DNA from: Chiloscyllium plagiosum
Taxonomy: Eukaryota
Length of the DNA: 32,086 bases
Assembly: GCF_004010195.1 (NCBI RefSeq)
Contig: NC_057711.1
Span: forward strand, 75,089,366-75,121,451
Direction of reading: 5' to 3'
Position 1 is the first letter of the stretch. The number at the start of each line of letters is the position of its first letter. Under the pieces are notes generated by a model. That model was not told where the DNA came from. It worked only from the letters and a program-made list of their open reading frames with translations, and did not search any database. Positions 10,570 to 20,400 of this stretch are shown piece after piece. The position numbers and the translations under genes are program-made.

Positions 10570-11740
10570 ATACAAGAGCTTTCTGGGGAGTAATTTTGGG
10601 ATGCCACACCTGAAGGTATTAAAGAAGTATTGAAGGGAGAAATGTCCTCCTAACTGTGACTGACCAAGTGGTGGGTAAAAAAAAAGAAGCAGTGGCCAAT
10701 CCTTTTCAAATTGGAACAAATTTGAAGGCTCTGAGTATGACCTAATGAATATTTGGAGTTGGGGAAATAAATTGTTTGAAAACTGATTAAATATAAACCG
10801 CAAAATGCTTTTTTCGAATCTCTAGGATTAAAAGTGGGAAGATGCCCACATTCGGTGATAATGATAGAGAGAAGGACAAAACAAGTTATGAACCTAAAAA
10901 TCTTGTCCCTGGAAGAATTAAAGGTACCAGCTAAGCACCTGGGCGTGGAAAGCCCGGAAACTGAAATTGCAGTTGATTTTTCACAGACTCGGGACAGCAC
11001 TGATTAGGTGAGGAATTCGTGCCAGTCCCTAATAGCACAGGGAAGAACTTACAAGTCAACCATATGGATCTGGAGTCACCTGTAGTCACAGCCGATAAGG
11101 ATACCAGATTTCTAAATAGCAATATGAACCAGATTTGTTTTTATGACAATCAACACGTTTGCTATGTAATTGGCTTTCTATTGCAGATTTTTTATTTTGA
11201 ATTCAAACTCCACCATCTGCTATGGTGGCTTTCAAATCCATGTCCCCAGAACATTAGCATGGAGTTCTGGATTGCTTGCCCAGTGACATTACTACGACAC
11301 CACTACCAACAGTGGCAAAATATGCAATGCTATAATATGAGGATAATGAAACGGATAAATTAAAACGGTGGCTGCAGAGATTATAATTAGAATTCCAACA
11401 CAGAAAGTAGGAAATTTAATTCCATAAAATGAAAGAAGAGTAAGAAAATGAGGAAAAAAAAGGAAGCAGGAAAGTGAAAACTCCAGACGTGAGAGAGCAA
11501 ATGTGAAAAGCAATTTCAATGAAGACAGCTCAGGCTGAGAAAGGAGAATGAAGGCACTCTAATTCCGATGAGGGAACATAGCTAACTCAGATTTGGAGGT
11601 TTAAGTATACAAATTTGCACACGTTGACAGATCTTGCTAGTGGGAAAACCAGAAAATTTTCCAACTGGTAGCAAATTAATTTCCAGTATGCTGATTAACA
11701 GGATAATGGGAAGGAGTGTAGAGGTCCTGCTGACACACGT
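10570..11740 (+). mobile_element. Possible highly decayed Gypsy/Ty3 gag relic, split by a SINE
   Basis: Frameshifted peptides KSFLG..DATPEGIKEVLKGE and LKILSLEELKVPAKHLGV..TEIAV, a purine-rich E/K/R segment at 11400-11550, and MLINRIMGRSVEV (similar to LLQ.KL.GRA.EV). The resemblance is from memory only. Confidence 0.4.
10975..11307 (-). mobile_element. Near full-length tRNA-derived SINE
   Basis: Minus strand starts GGTAGTGGTGTCGTAGTAATGTCACTGG (A-box-like) and has a B-box-like GGATTTGAAAGCC. Its 3' part matches 2222-2330 and the L2-like LINE tail. Confidence 0.85.
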
Positions 11741-11819
11741 TTACTCAGACAGTAAGCTTGTTTACCTCCCTGTCCGCAAAGTAAGGGATCGGTTTCCCCA
11801 TCTTTGCTCTGTTGAAGGC

Positions 11820-12510
11820 CATAAGACCACAAGACGGTAAGTTATAGGAGCAGAATGAAGGCTGATCTGTCTCTCATGGCTGATCTGTCTCTCAAACCCA
11901 TTCTCTTTCCTTCTTCCTGTAGCCCTTGATCCCCTTATCAATCAAGAGCTTATTTGTTTCTGTTTAAAACACACTGAATGACTTGGCCTTTACAGCCGTC
12001 TGTGATAATGAGTTCCACAGATGAACCATCCTCCATCTGAATAAATTCTTCCTCATCTCAGGTCTAAAGGGTCGTCCCTTCATTCTGAGATTGTGCTCTC
12101 GGGTCCTAGTCTCTCTTATTATTGTAAATGTCTTCTCCATGGCCACTCTATCCAGGCCACTCCGTATTCTGTACATTTAAATCTGTACATTCATTCGCTC
12201 GATGTTGGCAAAAAACAATAAATTCAAACTCAATTGGGTTTGGTATCCTGGGGCATAATTAAAACTGATTGGTTAAATTCAAATTGTTGCCAAAACAGAC
12301 CCCCCTCCCTCATCCTTCTAAACACCATTGAGTTCAGACTCAGATTCCTCAACTGCTTATCATATGACAAGCCCTTCATCCCCAGGATCATTCTTGTAAA
12401 CCTCTTCTTGAACCTCTCCAAGGCCAGCACATCCTGCCTTAGATATTGGGCCCAAACTACTCACAATATTTTTAATGCTGTCTGAGCAGAGCCTCAGCAG
12501 TATATCTCTG
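11820..12510 (-). mobile_element. CR1 LINE 3' end carrying a foreign insert at 12184-12298
   Basis: Peptides LALERFKKRFTRMILGMKGLSY and YRIRSGLDRV..TRTREHNLRMKGRPFR..LWNSL. Tail cataagaccacaagac. Confidence 0.92.
12190..12298 (+). repeat. 109-bp direct copy of 13374-13482 (108/109 identical)
   Basis: Base-by-base comparison. The single mismatch is T at 12259 versus G at 13443. Confidence 0.97.
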
Positions 12511-12662
12511 TCAGCAGCACATCAAGGCACCGTATCAGTTGTTTGCAGGGCAGTTCCAGACAGAATGTGCTTGTCCGGGTGCACAATTGCATTTTAAAGG
12601 TGGTTCCAGTGCTGGGAGTGACCATCTATTCTAATATCTCACAGCAATAGTGAGTTCTTCAC

Positions 12663-12721
12663 ATGTTGGGCCGAAGGGTCTGTTTCCATGCTATACATCT
12701 CTATGACTCTATGACTCTATG
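12663..12721 (+). mobile_element. Very short CR1/HER1 (or HE1 SINE) 3' tip with (ACTCTATG)n tail
   Basis: ttgggccgaagggtctgtttccatgctatacatctctatgactctatgactctatg. Confidence 0.85.
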
Positions 12722-12852
12722 TGGTCAGGGTTAGAATTGGGCTATTAACGGACAGGAGCATATCCACAGGGATGGGATACGTCATTAATAAGGTGAGTTC
12801 GGGACAATATAGCATGCAATTTCACTAGGTCTCACAGACAGGCCCTTCATTT

Positions 12853-13648
12853 AACAGGATAAACGGCAGTGAACCATTCTGTCAATTAAACTAAACACCC
12901 AGAAAAGCTCACCTCACTTCATAATCTGTTAAAATATGAGTGACAGAGATCTCCTAAATTCCACAATCTAAAGAAAATAATATCAATTTATTCTTTAACT
13001 CTAAAAGTGAATATTAAACAGCAACTATTCACAACTCTAAACCCCCTTTCTCTTAACTGCTTATTATTTGCTTCCAACTCTATAACACTTTACTGTTCCA
13101 ATAAATTTCTTATTAAAATTACATCAACTTAATTTCAAAACCATACAGTGGCTATCGTCATTGGTGTCTTTCTTCTTTTATTTGACAATCCCCCTGCGTC
13201 GTCTTCTTTCTTTTTACTGTGAAGATGTTTCGTGTCAGTAAGTACCTTTGATAGGAAGTGTTTCAATCTTTTGCTCACTCTCACTCACACAATGGCAGTT
13301 ACTCTCTTGATGGCAGTTACTCTGTTTGACTTTCAAATTGCCTGCTCTTTCTGTAGCCTCAACATTGGATCGTTTCATTCGCTCGATGTTGGCAAAAAAC
13401 AATAAATTCAAACTCAATTGGGTTTGGTATCCTGGGGCATAAGTAAAACTGATTGGTTAAATTCAAATTGTTGCCAAAACAGTAACAAATTCAGGTATCT
13501 GTTTCACAGCCAAATGTTACATATTCTCAATTTTCTAGTCCACCCTGGAACTGCTAGGTAGTCTTATGACAGGTGCTTGTAAGCTCTCAGTACAAAACGG
13601 CATTCACACTCTCTTAAAGGTACAGTACATGTCTTCAATTTCATAACA
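12853..13648 (-). mobile_element. Probable solo LTR (Gypsy-like), about 800 bp
   Basis: Right end CATAACA (TGTTATG on minus). Minus-strand CCAAT at about 13452-13456 and AATAAA at about 12987-12992. It is non-coding and resembles a recalled shark LTR family. The left TG/CA end is degenerate and no TSD is visible. Confidence 0.6.
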
Positions 13649-14428
13649 AAATTGACACGGAGACAAAATGTGACAAATTTAACCCAAAGATTTTGAGGAA
13701 GACTGTTTCAAACAGTCACAATTCTTCATGAGAAAAAAGTTCTCCTCACCTTTGTCTTAAATGGAAAAACCTGTAGGTTTAAACACTGATCCCCTAGTTC
13801 TTGGTTCTCTCATCAAAAACACCCTGTCAAAACACCTCAGGACCTTGTTTCAATCAAGTCAGATCTTACTTTTCGAAATTTAAATGGGTAGAAGCCTAGC
13901 CTGTCCTCCTATCCTTGTATTTTAAGCCTTGCATTCCAGATATTATTCTGATAAATTTCTCTAAACTGTTTCCAATGTGTTTACATCCTTTTATAAATGG
14001 TGTGACCAATATTATACACAATACTCCAGATGTGTTCTTACTGGTGTCCTGTCTAACTGAAGGATAACCATAACATTTATATTCAATTTCCCTTGCAATA
14101 AATGATAATATCATATTAGTTTTCACAATTACTTGCTGAATCTGAAATCTGGTCTTTAGCAATTCATGTGCTAGATCCCAGATCCATCTGTATCCAACAG
14201 CTCTGCAATCACTTGCCATGTATACAACACATTCTTCTTTTTATTCTTCCTGCCAAATACACAATTCCACATTTTCCCACATTTTATTCTCTTTGCCACA
14301 CATTTGCCCAGGCACTTAACCTACATATATCTTTTCTCAATCTTCTTTTCATAACTTACATTCCTTCCTTTCTTTCTGCACATTTAGCAACCATCCTGCC
14401 AAGCTGAAAAAGGCCCATTTTGCCTGCT

Positions 14429-14612
14429 ACAAAAACAGGAGTTGCTGGAAAAACTCAGCAGGTCTGGTAGCATCTGTGAAGAGAAATCAGAATTAAGCTT
14501 TTGGTTCTTCAGAACCTTCACTAGACCTGAAACTTAAATTCTGATTTCTCTTCACAGATGCTGCAACTTTTCCAGCAACTTCTGTTTTTGTTTCTGATTT
14601 ACAGCATCCGCT
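14429..14612. repeat. Penelope-pLTR-derived foldback (inverted pair), MITE-like
   Basis: 14469-14494 is the perfect 26-bp reverse complement of 14537-14562. Outer arms acaaaaacaggagttgctggaaaa and ttttccagcaacttctgtttttgt. Confidence 0.85.
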
Positions 14613-14915
14613 GCTCACTGCTTGGTCTTTAGCATCTTATTTCCAGGTCAATATTCTTTCCCCTATTCCTTGAGCTTTTATTTTCTGCAGTAACTTTTAA
14701 TGTAGCAGTCTATTGAATGCCTTCAAGAAATCGAAGTACAGTATATTCACCAGTTCCCCTTTATCCACCACAATTGGTACTCCTTTAAAGAACTTCAACC
14801 AACAGATTAAACATGATTTCCTTTTCATAAAAATATGTTGACTCTGCCACATTACCCATAATACATGCAATTACTCTGCTATAATTTTTTAATAATATCT
14901 TCAAACATTTTCCCT

Positions 14916-16790
14916 GAATTGAATTGAAATGAATTGAATTTATTGTCACGTGTACCGAGGCACAGTGAAAAGCTTTGTCTTGTGAGCAATACAGGCAGAT
15001 CACAGAGTTAAATAACATAGATAGTAAATAATAGGTGAAAAGCAGCAAAATCAAAAACACAGGTACAGGTGAATGATAAGAGTTTGTGAGTCCATTCAGT
15101 ATTCTAACAACAGTAGGGTAGAAACTGTTTCGAAACCAGCTGGTGCGTACATTCAGGCTTCTGTACATTCTTCCAGACGGTAGAGGTTGTAGAAAAGCAT
15201 TGCCAGGGTGGATGTCAAAGGGATGGATCTTTGAAAATGCTGGTGGCCTTTCCTTGACTGCGGGCCTGGTAGATAGATTCTATAGATGGGAGGTTGGCCT
15301 TTGTCATTGACCGGGCTGAGTTCACCACTCTCTGGAACCGGCTCCGATCTTGAATGGTACAGTTGCCATACCAGTTAGTGATACATCCAGATGGAATGCT
15401 CTCAATGGCACACCTATAAAAGTTGGCAAGGGTATTCGCCATCATGCCAAATTTCCTCAGCTGCCTGAGGAAGAAGAGACATTGTTGGATCTTTTTAATC
15501 AGTGCATCCATGTGAAGAATCCAAGAAAGCTTGTTGTGGAAGATCAGTCCCAGGAGTTTGACACTCTCCACTCATACCACTTCTGTGCTGTTGATGTTTA
15601 GGGGGGCGTAAGTAACATCCTGCCGAAAGTCAATAATGAGTTCCTTGGTTTTACCTGCATTGAGAGCTAGGTTGTTCTCAGTGCACCATTTTTCCAGGTC
15701 TTCCACATCCCATCTGTAGTCTTTTTCATTGCCATCTGAGATTTGACCGACTATGGTGGTGTCATCAGCAAATTTGTAACTGGCATTAGCCTGGTACTTG
15801 GTGATGCAGTCATGGGTATAGAGTGAGTACAGTAGGGGGCTGAGTATGCACTCCTAGGGGGCTCCATTGTTGAGTGTTAGTGAGGATGAAATATTGTCCC
15901 CAGTCTTCACTGATTGTGGCCTGTGGGTCAGGAAACCGAGGATTCATTGCAAAGAGTTGGGTTACGTCTGAGATTACTAAGTTTAGTAATCAGTCTTGAG
16001 GGGATAATAGTGTTGAAGGCTGAACTGTAATCAATGAGTAGGATTCTTATGTAGCTGTTCTTGGTGTCAAATGTTCTCGGGAGGAGTGAAGGTCAAGTGA
16101 TATGGCATCTGACGTGGATCTGTTGGTCCGATAGGCAAATTGGAGTGGGTCAAGAGTAGTGGGGAGGCTGGAGTTGATAAATGCCATGACTAGCCTTTCA
16201 AAGCACTTCATGACCACCGAAGTTAGGGCCACTGAGCATTAGTCATTGACACATGTTGCATGAGCCTTCCGATGTTGGCCCTCTTGAAACAGGCAGGGAC
16301 AGTGGCCTGCTGCAGGGAAAGGTTAAAGATGTCCGAGAAGACCTCTGCCAGTTGATCTGCGCGTACTCTGAGTGCACGGCCTGGTACTCCCTCTGGTCCC
16401 ATTGCTTTCCTTGGATTCACACGAAGGAAAATTGATCTGACCTCTGATGCAGTGACTGTTGGTATAGGTTCATCAGGACTTGTCAGAATAGGTGTTACCC
16501 CTCTGCTAAAATTCTGCTCAAAGTGAGCACAGAAGGCATTGAGACGATCTGAGAGGGACGTGTCATCATTTGCTATCTTGCGCTGTCTCTTTTTAGAACC
16601 TGTTATGTCATTCAGTCCTTGCCATAGTCGCTGGGTGTCTGTCTGGGTCTCTAGTTTGGATCAGTATTGGTCCTTGGCAGTCTTAATGTCTCTGCGAACG
16701 TCATACTTGGACTCCTTATATTTGAGTGGGTCTCCTGATCTGAGGGTCTCAGGCCTGGTTTTTAGCAAGTTCTGCATGACCTGATTCATG
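14916..16790 (-). mobile_element. Rex1/Babar LINE, 5'-truncated, RT with frameshifts, (TCAAT)n tail
   Basis: Peptides [63 protein letters not shown] (about 15755-15778), LFFLRQLRKF and FYRCAIESI. Tail tgaattgaattgaaatgaattgaa. Confidence 0.95.
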
Positions 16791-16929
16791 CTATGACTGG
16801 ATTGCAATTTCTAGCATTCTATCTCTCTCCCTTTTTGAATAAAGCAATGATGTGGGATATTTTGGTTTATAAATTGTTGGGCTTCAGCTGGACTATTACA
16901 GACAATTCTTGGAATCTCAATTCAGGAAG

Positions 16930-16984
16930 ATGGAAAATAGGCAAGCAGGGGCCTGGAAGAACACAGCAAGTCAGGCAACATCAG
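16930..16984 (-). mobile_element. Short Penelope-pLTR fragment
   Basis: ctggaagaacacagcaagtcaggcaacatc resembles ctggaaaagcacagcaggtcagacagcat at 3725. Confidence 0.5.
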
Positions 16985-17428
16985 GATGTAATTGTCATAG
17001 AAGGGGTTCAGAGGAATTGCACTGCAGTGCTATCAGGAATGAAAGATTTGTGGTGAGAGGTTGAAAAAATTAGGGCAGTTTCACTTGGAACAGTGAATGT
17101 TATGAGATTATTTAAAAGAAAATTTCAAAATAATGTGAGACTTTGATGATTTAAATAGGAAAAATATGTCAGTAACTAGAAGTCACTGATCCAAAATTTT
17201 TGGGAAACGATTTATAGGGGGTTAGATGAAGAGGATCATGTTCAGTTGGATTGTTTTCAGATCTGGAGTGTGCCATCTAAAAAAGTATGGGAGTGATTCC
17301 AGAAATAGCTTTGAAAAGGAGTTGGACAAGTGAAGTTGAGAAACTTAGAAGAGGCCAAGTGTGTCAGCACAGTCATGATGGGTAGATTGGTCTTCACTGC
17401 TTTAGGTGTTCATGATATTATGATTCTA
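16985..17428 (+). mobile_element. Old CR1 3' end
   Basis: Peptide DVIVIEGVQRNCT..LSGMKDL (similar to D..ALE.VQRRFTR.IPGM). Tail gatattatgattcta. Confidence 0.75.
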
Positions 17429-17539
17429 AAAGGATCTTAAAATCTGATGCACTGAATTGTTTGCTCTTACTGTTGAATATTTATGAAAATATGATAAACA
17501 TTGTTTGATTGTTATTTTCTTTCATTTCCATTGAATTAT

Positions 17540-17683
17540 ATGTAGATGCACTTGGAACAGCATTGCATACAAGGCTACAGGCCAATTGCTGGAAAATGGG
17601 ATTAGAATAGATAGATGCTTGATGAGTGGCACAGAATAAATGAGCCAAGGGCCCTTCTGTGCTGGAGAAACTCCATGACTCTA
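17540..17683 (+). mobile_element. CR1 3' UTR tip
   Basis: caaggctacaggccaattgctggaaaatgggattag..ttctgtgctg..ctccatgactcta. Confidence 0.75.
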
Positions 17684-19017
17684 CATTTTGCAACTTGCAA
17701 CCTGATAGGATCTTCCCCAAATCCAGGTGCTTTTGACAAAATCATTCCATTAACTATCACTAGCTCCTTCTTCTAAGACCCCAGGATAAAGTCAATCAGG
17801 ACCTCGGCACTTTAAATCGACAGCTTTCACAATTTACTCAGTTTTACTTCACTGGCGATTGTGCATTTCCTGTGTTCCCCATCTCTTCCTGTTCCTGCTT
17901 CTGGATTATTACTTATCTCCTATTTTGTGAAGACGAATGCAAAATATCTGTTCAATTTCTTTGCCTCCTCTTTATTTTCCATTACCAATGCTGCAGGCTC
18001 ACTTCCTACAGAACCAACACTCACTTTGTTAACCCTTTTATAAATACTTATAGAAATTATTTGTAAGGTATCTGTTTTTATATTTCTGATTAGCACTCTA
18101 TTGCATTCTAATTTTTCAATCTTTATTAATGTAATAGTAATTCTTTGACTTTTTAAAACATATCTTGTCTAATCTTTTGACCTGCCACATCTGAGTGCAT
18201 AATTAAAAGTCTTTTCTTATTTTTACTATCATTAACCTCACTTGTTCACAACAAACAGTGATTCCATCCCTTTTTATTAGGCACTGGAATGTAACGATCC
18301 TGTATATTGTGAAATATCGCCTTAAATTTCATCCATTGCACCTCTACCTACTGATCCCTTAACGAAATGTGACAAATCAATTTAGATATGTCTGCTTTTG
18401 TATTCTTATAATTGTCCTTACTTACATTTTAAACGCAGTCTTGGACCCACTCCTCAGTCCTCCAAATTGAAGATAAAATTGAAGATAAAATTGAATCATA
18501 TTATGGTCAATCTTGCCACGGGATCATTAATTAATATTATCTTGTTGCACAATGCACATTCTAATATAATCTGCTCTCTGGTTGGCTGGCTTTAGAATAT
18601 GCTGTAGTGAGAAATAATCCTATTTACTGGCTAATTATTTTATTCAAATATATAATTACTTTTGTTTTCATATATTTTAATTAACTTGCAATCAATTACT
18701 TTTCTATACCTTAGGATATGAATAAGCCTCAGTTGTTTACTAGATACTCACCAAATCTTCTTTCATGTTGCATTTTGCACCAGTTTGGCTAGTTTTATAT
18801 GTCCCTAACACAAAAAGGCCTAGTGTTGGCATCATTTTTGAATCAAGTGAGGCACCTACAATAGATTTCTATGAGCTTTGTCCTGTTATGCTGTGCATAT
18901 TTTAAGAAATGTTTGGCAACAAATTGCATGAATACTGCATATTCCCCAACTTAAAAAATAGAGGACCAGAGATAACATATCTGTGAGATAACTTTTTTTT
19001 AATCATGGATTAAATTA

Positions 19018-19135
19018 GGACATGATTTGGAGACGCCGGTGTTAGATTGGGCAATCACCTGATGAAGGAGTAGCGCTCCAAAAGCTAGTGCTTCCAAATA
19101 AACCTGTAACTTGGCGTTGTGTGATTTCTAACTTA
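19018..19135 (+). mobile_element. Penelope-type short repeat (second family) containing a hammerhead-like motif
   Basis: gatttggagacgccggtgttagattggg followed by cacCTGATGAaggagtagcgctccAAAAgctagtg..gttgtgtgatttctaact. Confidence 0.7.
19056..19090 (+). ncRNA. Minimal type I hammerhead ribozyme relic (predicted inactive, G12>A)
   Basis: CAC-CTGATGA-A-GGAG-tagcg-CTCC-AAAA-GC-TA-GTG. Stem I is CAC/GTG, stem II is GGAG/CTCC, and stem III is the palindromic AGCT. Confidence 0.65.
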
Positions 19136-19532
19136 AATTAGGATAAGTATGGTTGACAATGTTCTCAAAATAGATTCTATTTTGGAGTTCTGCATTTTCG
19201 TTCTCATTCTCACCAAATTATGAACTTGATATGAAGAAAAGGCCAATGTACCTGCATTATGACAGGAGTTGTTTAAGAATCGTTGCTAATGAAAGTTTCA
19301 TTGGTTTAATTCTGTCATTGACTACAGAGAAACCTTTTTCTGCAACAGGAAAAGTGATCACAACTCATTAAGATTAGTGGAGAAGGTATATACATAACAA
19401 TATTGCCCTGCGCCGCATTTTTAACATAAATACATTGTAGACTGCATAAATTGATTAATTTGATGAATTTTGTAAAGCATTCATGTCGTGCATAATTATT
19501 GCAAAATAGGGAATTTGGTAATGCTGAGCAAA

Positions 19533-19982
19533 AGAAAGGATGTGCATTTATATAAAAACTTGCACAGCCTCAGGATGTGCCAAGTCTCCTGACAACCAAC
19601 AATACTACCTTGAGTTTTGTCATTGTTACAATGTATGAAATGCACAGTCGATTTATGCATAATTGGAATCTACAAATAGTAATGATAACATTACCAGATA
19701 ATCACTTTTAAAGATGCATATATTAGCTAGAACATTAGCAAAGCTGCTATGCTCTTTTTGTAAATAGTAGCAAGGAATTTTTTTTACATCAACTTGAGAG
19801 GGCCAACAGAATTCCAATTAACATCCTCTTCAAAAGATAGCTGCTCCAACAATGCAGCTCTCCCTTAGTACTACACTGAATTGGCAGTCTACATTATGTG
19901 CTCAAGTCTCTTAAGTAAAATTTTACATTAAATTTTTCTAACTCAGAACCAAGAGTGCTACTAGTGAGCCAAGACTGTCACA
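19533..19982 (-). mobile_element. DeuSINE (SacSINE1/AmnSINE1-related), near full length, old
   Basis: Antisense landmarks in the expected order: tgcatttatata (tail), cctcaggatgtgccaa, accagataatc, ttttacatcaacttgagagggc, tcttcaaaagatagctgctccaacaatgcagc (Deu core), attatgtgctcaagtctc, and ctcagaaccaagagtgctactagtgagcca (tRNA head). Confidence 0.85.
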
Positions 19983-20264
19983 TTGGCATGTGCTGTGGAT
20001 TGTAGCAGGGATTCATTTATGATTATTTCTAATAAAGTCTTTGAAAGGAAAGAAGAGATTAAAAATCTCAAATCATAACACGCTGCCAGATTAATTGTTA
20101 CAACAGAATGTTATTTGTGTGGTTAGAGTTAATGTGAATTAAGAGGATAGGTGAGTTGCCAAGCAGTGTAAAATGAAGGTCAATGTATTAATGTTTTGTT
20201 ATTATTATGATGCATAACTCATTGACTAAATGTAAATGTTAATGTACATCATTTGGATTTTATT

Positions 20265-20400
20265 GGAGTAGACACTTTGTACTATGTTGCCATTAAAAAA
20301 AGACTCCCAAAGAATGAAAAACAGGAATGGTTGTCTAGAATGCCAAGTGTATTCAACTTTCCGTAAAGGATTGTGGCCAAAGGAAAGAAGAATCCTGAAT
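20265..20400 (+). mobile_element. Tiny, old CR1 APE fragment
   Basis: Frameshifted YVAIKK.L...KQEW.L...YSTFRK resembles DVVAITETWL..GQEW.L...Y..FRK. Confidence 0.4.

Larger units (their letters stand above)
13690..18625 (-). mobile_element. One old CR1 ORF2 in four collinear pieces (13690-14400, 14620-14915, 16791-16850, 17684-18625)
   Basis: Left to right, the pieces run from the RT C-terminus through the RT core (YLDF.KAF near 14710-14740) and N.RP.SL/KSPG remnants to the APE end (DHN, near 18500). Sequence joins collinearly across the insertions. Confidence 0.75.

Noticed and set aside
10810..10928. Apparent exon (tctctag|GATT..AAAG|gtacc)
   Set aside because: The donor is weak, and the segment is better explained as part of the putative gag relic.
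11230..11307. A/B boxes read as a tRNA gene
   Set aside because: I see no cloverleaf. It is the head of a SINE with a body and a LINE-like tail.
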